Shown in pieces: positions 57,054-64,000 of a stretch of 64,000 nucleotides of DNA. Under the pieces are notes generated by a model. It did no database searches, was not told where the DNA came from, and saw only the letters and a program-made list of their open reading frames with translations. The translations under genes were made by a program, and so were the position numbers. Positions within the stretch are counted from its first letter, which is position 1. Every line of letters begins with the position of its first letter. Source of the DNA: Candidatus Kapaibacterium sp. (lineage in GTDB: Bacteria; Bacteroidota; Ignavibacteria; Kapaibacteriales; UBA2268); NCBI GenBank assembly GCA_963665665.1, contig OY762428.1:4000001-4064000 (forward strand), read 5' to 3'.

Positions 57054-59345
57054 TTAAAACTGGAAATTGAATCCTATACTTGGCAGAAGGCCTATTGATT
57101 CATTATATTCAGCCTGTTGTGTACGGTAGTTCCAGCGTATAGCCGATATATTCTTTTGATTATAGATATTCTGAATATCAATATAAGTAATTATCGAGAA
57201 GCTGTCGAAAATCCATCGTTTATCAAGCCTGACGTCAAGTGCATGGAAAGTAGGAAGTCTTTCCCCATCGTTATAATTAGCAAAATCAAGCTGCCCGGAA
57301 AGATCGTCTTTATATGGTGTTGTAGGAAGGCCTGTGGCTACCCTGAATTTTCCTGAGAGTTCCCACAAAGGATGAAAACGCCACCCTGCGGAGAGATTTA
57401 AAATAAACCTTGAATCAAAAGCGCCGTCGCGTTCAATACCATCCAGGGACTCAAACCTTGTCTGGCTGAATGTCAGGCTGAATAATCCAAAGATTGGAAT
57501 ATCGCTCAGCTTCTTTTGTATAAATAGTTCAACGCCACGGGAGAAGCCCGTACCATTGCTGACAAGAGGCTCCAAACCATAGGGAATATCATTGTTAAGG
57601 TCATCAAACCCGGCCGGTGAGAGGACTGACTGCGGACGATATACCCTTGCAGGATAATCAGAATACCATTTATAATATGTTTCTATCTGTACTTTTACTT
57701 CTTCAAGTGGGGTATGCTCGTAGCCCAGAACTACCTGGTCGGCTTTAATAGGCATTAATTCATTTTCCAGGCCACCTACAAGCCACACATAAGAAGGAGC
57801 CTGGTAATACCTTCCTGCACTCAGGATTATCGAGGATACCGGGTTTATTTTATAAATAGCAGACAATCTTGGAGAAATGAAAAGATTATCCTTAGTGAAA
57901 CTATAATAATCCATTCTCAACCCGCCGCTTAATTTCCAATGGCCAAGATTAGCGCTGATATTTCCATAAGTTGCATTTTTAAAAGCATTGAATGAAGTAT
58001 CAACCTGCAAAGCAGCAGGTGACCCATTATTATCAAGCCTCATGTATCCGGGGATCATTATGTCATATTCCAGTTTGGAAGCAAATTTTATCTGGTTGCC
58101 AAATGAAAGCTCCATACCTTTCATCAGCTGGAAATCAAAATCAGTTTTTAGTGATGTTTCTCCTTCATAGGAATTATTCTGGAAAATCCTGTTCAGCAGG
58201 GAATCGTTCTGGAAGGTATCGAAATAAACAAAGCTGCGGCCAAGAGTAACAGTGGCAAAGCCATTACCAAAAAGATGTTTCCATGTAAGCCCCGAAAAAT
58301 ATTGTTTCTGGTTCGGAACAGCCACGCGGCTGTTGTCATAACGGTCGTCAAGTTCATCGTTGTTCAGTTTCACATCGTCAAGTGCTCCAATCATAACAAA
58401 TGAAAATTTGTTATTCTGGTCAAGATCATAGCTGACCTTTGTTGACAGGTCCCAATACTGTGGTATAAAACTGAAACCAGCAGCATCGAATATGAAATCA
58501 AGATATGATCGCCTGACATTAAACAGATATGTACCTTTATCTCCTACCGGCCCTTCCAGAATAAGCCCGGCTCCTGTAGCCGAAAGATTTACTTCGCCGG
58601 CAAAACGCTGGTCATTTCCTTTTCTCAGTGTAATATTTGTCATCGAAGAAACTTTGTCGCCATACTTAGCACCGAAACCGCCCGATGAAAATTCCACATT
58701 ACGGACAAAATCAATATTTATTAGGGATAGCGGCCCGCCGGAAGCGCCTTGTGAACCAAAATGATTAATATTAGGTACTTCAATATTGTCAACAATAAAT
58801 AGATTTTCAAAAGGAGCGCCGCCCCTAACCAGCAGGTCATTTCTTCCGGCCGCTGTAACGCCAACACCAGGAAGAAGGGCAGTGGCACGTATCACATCTT
58901 CCTGAACGCCCGGTGCACGCCGGATATCTTCCGAATTAAAAGTCTGAGTACTTGTTACAGTTTGAATTTTTTTGGGGAAGTATGTTCCTTTTACCTCGGC
59001 ACCTTCAAGCTCGATAACTTTTTCAACCAGTTCAACGCGCATGGTAAGAGGTTTACCGCAAGTAAATATAATATCAGATTTTACAAAAGTCTCGTATCCG
59101 ATTCCGGAAAACCTGATACTGTAAATTCCCGTTGGTACATTCGGAATTTTAAATTTTCCGTCGGAACGGGTAATAGCTCCATATTTTTCACTTTCAATTC
59201 TAACTGTTATTCCGGGTATTGGATTTTGGGTGGCAGCACTGAGAACCTGGCCCGTAATTGCGCAATTTGGCCCGTCATTATCCTGTGCATTAATGCTTAA
59301 AGTAGTTAATAACAATAAAAAAGTGGTTAACAAAAATTTGCTCAT
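57054..59345 (-). CDS. TonB-dependent receptor
   Basis: Carboxypeptidase-regulatory-like N-domain, VRGGAPFENLF plug, GGFGAKYGD, C-terminal Phe. Confidence 0.92.
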   Translation of the reverse strand: MSKFLLTTFLLLLTTLSINAQDNDGPNCAITGQVLSAATQNPIPGITVRIESEKYGAITRSDGKFKIPNVPTGIYSIRFSGIGYETFVKSDIIFTCGKPLTMRVELVEKVIELEGAEVKGTYFPKKIQTVTSTQTFNSEDIRRAPGVQEDVIRATALLPGVGVTAAGRNDLLVRGGAPFENLFIVDNIEVPNINHFGSQGASGGPLSLINIDFVRNVEFSSGGFGAKYGDKVSSMTNITLRKGNDQRFAGEVNLSATGAGLILEGPVGDKGTYLFNVRRSYLDFIFDAAGFSFIPQYWDLSTKVSYDLDQNNKFSFVMIGALDDVKLNNDELDDRYDNSRVAVPNQKQYFSGLTWKHLFGNGFATVTLGRSFVYFDTFQNDSLLNRIFQNNSYEGETSLKTDFDFQLMKGMELSFGNQIKFASKLEYDIMIPGYMRLDNNGSPAALQVDTSFNAFKNATYGNISANLGHWKLSGGLRMDYYSFTKDNLFISPRLSAIYKINPVSSIILSAGRYYQAPSYVWLVGGLENELMPIKADQVVLGYEHTPLEEVKVQIETYYKWYSDYPARVYRPQSVLSPAGFDDLNNDIPYGLEPLVSNGTGFSRGVELFIQKKLSDIPIFGLFSLTFSQTRFESLDGIERDGAFDSRFILNLSAGWRFHPLWELSGKFRVATGLPTTPYKDDLSGQLDFANYNDGERLPTFHALDVRLDKRWIFDSFSIITYIDIQNIYNQKNISAIRWNYRTQQAEYNESIGLLPSIGFNFQF

Positions 59346-59599
59346 TATTTTTTCCAATGTAGTTTGTGTATTCCCATATTAAAAAACAAAACGAAACGGA
59401 TGTTTTTTTATTATACTGATAAGGAATATAAACATCTCATTGGTAATATTATCAGGCATAGAGAAAATATGATTTTTCAGTATGCTTTTCTTTCAGATAA
59501 TATATTTTTTTCATATCTTAATATTCTGTTTTTTTGGGATTTAGAAATAATTCAAAAATTGGATGTTATAATTTTGAAAATATAAATTTGGAGGTTTAA

Positions 59600-60955
59600 T
59601 TGGCTGAAGCAGCACAACCTAAGTATCATAAGTCGTTCTGGATAGCAAACTTTACCGAAATGCTTGAAAGGGCGGCGTTTTACGGAATGTTTATATCGAT
59701 AACACTCTACCTGTCCAGAGTTGTTGGATTTTCAGATGTTGAAGCTGGTTTTTTATCTGCTGGTTTCTCTGCACTCGTGTATTTTTTCCCGATATTTGTG
59801 GGTTCTTTCTCTGATAAAATAGGATTCCGGGCGGCAATAATTTTAGCTTTTGCCCTGCAAACTGTTGCCTACTTCTGCCTTGCCATGCTTCCCTATAAGC
59901 CTATTGTACCGTTAGCATTATTTCTTTTGCTAATCGGCGGTGCTTTTATTAAATCCTTGATAACCGGTACGGTAGCTAAAACAACAACAAGTGAAAATCG
60001 TGCGAAAGCTTATTCTATATTCTACATGATGGTAAATATCGGATCATTCTCCGGTAAGACTTTGGCAGCACCTGTCAGGATTGATTATGGTGTTGAATAT
60101 GTAAGTTATGTTTCAGCAGCTCTAACTCTTTTAGCATTGGTTGTTGTAATATTTGCATACAAGAATGTTGATATTGAAAAAACCCAGAAAACCTTGAAAC
60201 AAACCTGGGACGGGCTTGTTAAAGCTATTTCAAACCCAAGGCTGCTTATTCTTATGCTTATTATTGGCGGTTTCTGGCTGATACAGCACCAGATGTATGC
60301 TACTCTGCCAAAGTATCTGCTTCGCCTTGTTGGTGAAACATCCAAACCGGAGTGGCTGGCCAATGTAAATCCGCTGATTGTAGTTTCTTTTGTTTATGTA
60401 GTAAATGCGCTAACGAAGAAATTCAAAGCCTTAAACGTGATGTCAACCGGTATGTTCCTGATGCCGCTGTCGGTTGCTGCCATGGCTTCCGGCCTGCTTC
60501 TTACAAATGTGGTGGGTTCGAGTATATCCATTCTGGGACTATTTTCTATTCACCCTATTACGCTTATGCTTGCTGTTGGTATTGCAGTTCAGGGGCTTGC
60601 CGAATGTTTCATTTCACCGCGCTACTTAGAATATTTTTCCCTGCAGTCCCCCAAAGGAGAGGAAGGAACCTATCTCGGGTTTGCACACTTGCATTCATTC
60701 TTCGGCAACGCCATTGGTTTTATCATGTCAGGTTATCTTCTGGATGCCTATTGTCCGAATCCAAACAGAGCGGACCTTAAGGATTTATCTCCGGAACAGC
60801 TGGCACCTTACTATTCCGAAGCGCATTATATCTGGTATGCATTTACAGCCATTGCGATAGCATCTGCTGTAGCTCTTATAATTTATGGCAAGGTAACCAG
60901 AAGTATTGATGCAAAGAAAGCTGCCGAGGCTGCCCTTGCGGATAAAGCCGAATAG
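59600..60955 (+). CDS. MFS transporter, POT/PTR-like
   Basis: EMLERAAFYG, AYSIFYMMVNIGS; GGAGG RBS plus TTG start. Confidence 0.9.
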   Translation: MAEAAQPKYHKSFWIANFTEMLERAAFYGMFISITLYLSRVVGFSDVEAGFLSAGFSALVYFFPIFVGSFSDKIGFRAAIILAFALQTVAYFCLAMLPYKPIVPLALFLLLIGGAFIKSLITGTVAKTTTSENRAKAYSIFYMMVNIGSFSGKTLAAPVRIDYGVEYVSYVSAALTLLALVVVIFAYKNVDIEKTQKTLKQTWDGLVKAISNPRLLILMLIIGGFWLIQHQMYATLPKYLLRLVGETSKPEWLANVNPLIVVSFVYVVNALTKKFKALNVMSTGMFLMPLSVAAMASGLLLTNVVGSSISILGLFSIHPITLMLAVGIAVQGLAECFISPRYLEYFSLQSPKGEEGTYLGFAHLHSFFGNAIGFIMSGYLLDAYCPNPNRADLKDLSPEQLAPYYSEAHYIWYAFTAIAIASAVALIIYGKVTRSIDAKKAAEAALADKAE

Positions 60956-60978
60956 TTATTGATTGAAATTATTTTGAT

Positions 60979-61011
60979 AATCCCGATGGATATTCTGTCG
61001 GGATTTTTTTT
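60979..61011 (+). terminator. Rho-independent terminator
   Basis: aatcccgatgga/tctgtcgggatt stem plus T-run. Confidence 0.8.
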
Positions 61012-61152
61012 GATATGGAATTATCTTAGTTAATACCCATGAAGTTAAAAAGGAAAAGTATTGAATTTAATTTTTTTAAATGGAATATTTTACTTAATTT
61101 AAAACACTAAATGTTCTTTTATTATCATTCATTTCTTAGAGGGAGTTTTCAA

Positions 61153-61629
61153 ATGAAGAAAACAGGTTTAGCTCTTTTCGCTATTTTAGCAGCATTCGTT
61201 GTAACGTCTTGCACCACAAGGCTTACTGATTTCACGGTCATATCTTCGAAAAATGTTGATCTCAGCCAGATGGCTAAGTACAAAAAAGGTGGAGACAGGG
61301 TTATTGGTGAAGATATTGCTCATATCATATTTGTTATTCCAACAGGAATGCCTAACTTAAAAGAAGCTATCGACAAAGCAATTGAATCGGTTCCTGGATG
61401 TGTTGCCTTGGCTGATGGAGTAATGTCATCAAAATCTTTTTGGATTTTAGTATATGGACAGCAGGGATTTATTGTTGAAGGAACTCCTTTAATTGATCCT
61501 GCACTTGCTTCTGTTGATGACCTTGAGTCAAAATATATGATCAGTGAAATTGACGAAGAAGGTAATTCTTCACTCAGATACGTATCTGAAGAAGAATACA
61601 ATGAAGTCAAAGCTGAATATGCTGACTAA
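61153..61629 (+). CDS. Putative lipoprotein
   Basis: GGGAG RBS; MKKTGLALFAILAAFVVTS-C lipobox. Confidence 0.8.
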   Translation: MKKTGLALFAILAAFVVTSCTTRLTDFTVISSKNVDLSQMAKYKKGGDRVIGEDIAHIIFVIPTGMPNLKEAIDKAIESVPGCVALADGVMSSKSFWILVYGQQGFIVEGTPLIDPALASVDDLESKYMISEIDEEGNSSLRYVSEEEYNEVKAEYAD

Positions 61630-61644
61630 ATTTAATAATGTTTT

Positions 61645-61676
61645 ACCCCCTGATAAATAGTTCAGGGGGTTTTTTT
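61645..61676 (+). terminator. Rho-independent terminator
   Basis: accccctga/tcagggggt stem plus T-run. Confidence 0.8.
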
Positions 61677-61693
61677 ATTTTGGAGGAAACCTT

Positions 61694-62863
61694 ATGAAAA
61701 TTATCTTCAGTATTTTTATATTATTGATCTTTGTATCAACAATTAATGCCAAAGATTTCAACTTAATTCAGGGCGAAAAATATATTGTTGAAAGGGAAAA
61801 TGGAGAGCCAATTGAAGCTTTGTTTTCCGAAGAAAAAGGGGATTATTACGTTTTTACAATTGGAAAAACCATTATCAATATATATAAAGATAAAATTATT
61901 GAAATAGTTAAGATTGATGAAGACAAGGATGATAATTTTTATTTTCGATTTGATAAAAACAAAAAATATATTATTAAATTGGAAAATGGTCAGATTGTTA
62001 AGGGCAATTTCCAAAGCCAAACTGACTCTACAGTTGTAATTAAATCAGGTTATGCCGATTTTAATATTAGCAAATCAGATATTATCTATATTGATGTTGA
62101 AAAAGTAAAAAAATCAAATAGTAATGAAACAATTTTTAGTAAAGAGGAATCGATTTCTTCTTATTCTGATTATTTTATTGCACATTCCAATATCCCTGTT
62201 AATGAATCACATTTCCAAATCAATTTGTTATTTACAGATATTGAACTGATTTTTTCACCTATTAAAAACCTGACAGTCCATGGAAGTATCGATGGCTTTT
62301 CAACCATATATACTTACAGCAGCCTTTACAGCCTTTCAATTGCATATAATTTTTTTGAATCTAAGAATATTATCTCAACTGTTCAGTTGAAGCACTGTAA
62401 TCATTTTGAAGTTGATGATATAAGTAGTCGTACCATAAAGGTATATGACGCTATTAGTGGTTTTGATCCTGAATTTTATGATTTTAACTTAGCCGGAGTC
62501 AATTTTACTTATAATGATAATTTCAATTTCACTGCCGGTATACATTATATGTTTGGTACTGAAGAATTTGAATCCGGTTTATTAATTAATGCTGCGGCCA
62601 GGATACCATTTAATTATCGAACCGGATGCATTGTTGAAGTTCAGGATATTCATGCATACGAGGATGACTTCCTTTTGGCCATGGCCGGCTTTTATATTGA
62701 TTTAATGAAAATCAGGCTGAAACTTGGTGTTGCAAGATATAATGCAACAGAACGGGTCTATTTGTTTACTCAAAAAGATAAAAAGTGGAAATCCGGTGAT
62801 GGTAAGTTTTTCCCTGTACTTGGTTTGGAGGTATCCCTGGATGAAGCAGTGGGAATAAAATAG
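61694..62863 (+). CDS. Secreted/outer-membrane hypothetical protein (two small N-terminal repeats plus beta-rich C-terminus)
   Basis: GGAGG RBS, signal peptide, duplicated KYIxxxENGxxxxG/AxF unit. Confidence 0.75.
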   Translation: MKIIFSIFILLIFVSTINAKDFNLIQGEKYIVERENGEPIEALFSEEKGDYYVFTIGKTIINIYKDKIIEIVKIDEDKDDNFYFRFDKNKKYIIKLENGQIVKGNFQSQTDSTVVIKSGYADFNISKSDIIYIDVEKVKKSNSNETIFSKEESISSYSDYFIAHSNIPVNESHFQINLLFTDIELIFSPIKNLTVHGSIDGFSTIYTYSSLYSLSIAYNFFESKNIISTVQLKHCNHFEVDDISSRTIKVYDAISGFDPEFYDFNLAGVNFTYNDNFNFTAGIHYMFGTEEFESGLLINAAARIPFNYRTGCIVEVQDIHAYEDDFLLAMAGFYIDLMKIRLKLGVARYNATERVYLFTQKDKKWKSGDGKFFPVLGLEVSLDEAVGIK

Positions 62864-62960
62864 ATATTTTTATCAATTTACGGGACATTATATATATACG
62901 TACTGTTAGATTAATACAGTATGGGTAGATGTTGTTTTGTAAATTATCAGTTTTTCACAT

Positions 62961-63020
62961 TTTTTAAATTATTATGGAATATTTAAAATTATTATGAAAT
63001 ATTTAAAATTATTATGAAAT
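62961..63020 (+). repeat. 20-bp tandem repeat x3 spanning a start codon
   Basis: tttttaaattattatggaat / atttaaaattattatgaaat / atttaaaattattatgaaat. Confidence 0.85.
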
Positions 63021-64000
63021 ACTATATTTTATTGCTTTTTTTTACCTTCTCTGTGCTAAATGTTTTTGCTGCAAAAAGCGGATTATCAGAGGGAAAAAAA
63101 TATTATATTGAAAGAGACAACGGTGACCCGGTAACAGCCATTTTTGTTGAAGAAAAGGATGACTATTTTGTATTCAGTTTTGGCAAATCACCAATATATA
63201 TTTACAAAAAAAATATTCTGGAAATTGTTGAAATTGCAGACAACCTCCAGGAAGATAATTATTATCGTTTCGAGAAAGGGGAGAGATATGTTATCAATTT
63301 AGAAAACGACAAAATCATCAAAGGTGCATTTACCAGTGAAACTGACTCGATAATTCATATTAAGTCGGGATATGCTTCTTTCCAGGTTAGAAAATCAGAT
63401 ATAAAATCTATCAAATTGATTAAAACTTTTAATAAGGACGGAACGACTGTTTACGGCCCGGAAGAAGCTGAAACTCTGTATTATGACTATTTTCTAATGC
63501 ATTCATATATACCGGTAAACGATCAGCATCTGGAATTCAAGGCATTATTTTCTGAATTCGAAACATCCTTCTCACCAATCAGAAATTTAAATGTAAAGGC
63601 TGTTTTTGACATAATATCACTTAGATTGTTTGTAGAATCTCTATATAGTTTTTCAATAGCATATAATATCATTTCTGATTCGTCATTCTATACAACATTA
63701 CGATTGAATCACAGCGGCTATTTACACATAGAGGACCTTGATGGCAAGCTCCCTTCAACTTATGATTTAATCAAAGGTTTCGAACCTGAGTTCTATAGTT
63801 ATAATTCATTTGGGGCAATTTTTACACATAAAAATAAGAAATATAATTTTTCAGCCGGGATAGATTACATATTTGGTACCGATCAATTCAATTCAGGCCT
63901 GATGCTTAAATTTGGAGGCAGGTATCAATTGAACGAAAAATTCGGTTGGATTTTAGAGTGCCAGGATATAATTGCTTATAAGGAGAACTTCCTGCTGGCA
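63014..64000 (+). CDS. Paralog of 61694..62863 (runs off the window)
   Basis: Manual translation MKYYILLLFFTFSVLNVFAAKSGLSEGKKYYIERDNGDPVTAIFVEEKDDYFVF aligns with the neighbour. Confidence 0.85.
   Translation, partial: MKYYILLLFFTFSVLNVFAAKSGLSEGKKYYIERDNGDPVTAIFVEEKDDYFVFSFGKSPIYIYKKNILEIVEIADNLQEDNYYRFEKGERYVINLENDKIIKGAFTSETDSIIHIKSGYASFQVRKSDIKSIKLIKTFNKDGTTVYGPEEAETLYYDYFLMHSYIPVNDQHLEFKALFSEFETSFSPIRNLNVKAVFDIISLRLFVESLYSFSIAYNIISDSSFYTTLRLNHSGYLHIEDLDGKLPSTYDLIKGFEPEFYSYNSFGAIFTHKNKKYNFSAGIDYIFGTDQFNSGLMLKFGGRYQLNEKFGWILECQDIIAYKENFLLA

Overview
AT-rich bacterial chromosome segment, probably from the Bacteroidota/Chlorobiota group (Ca. Kapabacteria/Ignavibacteria-like). This is inferred from T9SS C-terminal sorting domains, IgGFc-binding proteins and an MqnA-like gene. 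The centre holds a complete ~23.9 kb integrative element inserted at tRNA-Arg(ACG), bounded by a 49-bp direct repeat at 20953-21001 and 44865-44913. Its backbone is a tyrosine integrase, arm-type repeats at both ends, an excisionase-like HTH and a P4/D5-type primase-helicase; I recognised no capsid, terminase or relaxase gene. Cargo includes a type I R-M operon interleaved with a YhcG nuclease, a TcmP/DUF5131 pair, a PD-(D/E)XK nuclease and a KAP NTPase, plus a HEPN-like gene, an HTH-coiled-coil gene beside a helically phased GCAAC array, and several repeat-flanked cassettes. Outside the element are housekeeping genes (gdhA, waaA, mgtE, rpsT, an IDH/IPMDH-family gene, TrmH family, tRNA-Pro). 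Also present are a Cys-rich/T9SS operon, an RloA/RloB pair, an NhaC transporter fused to a degenerate acetolactate-decarboxylase-like domain, a Panacea antitoxin with a membrane partner, and a 21-bp x13 tandem repeat. All family assignments come from motif recognition by eye, not from database searches.
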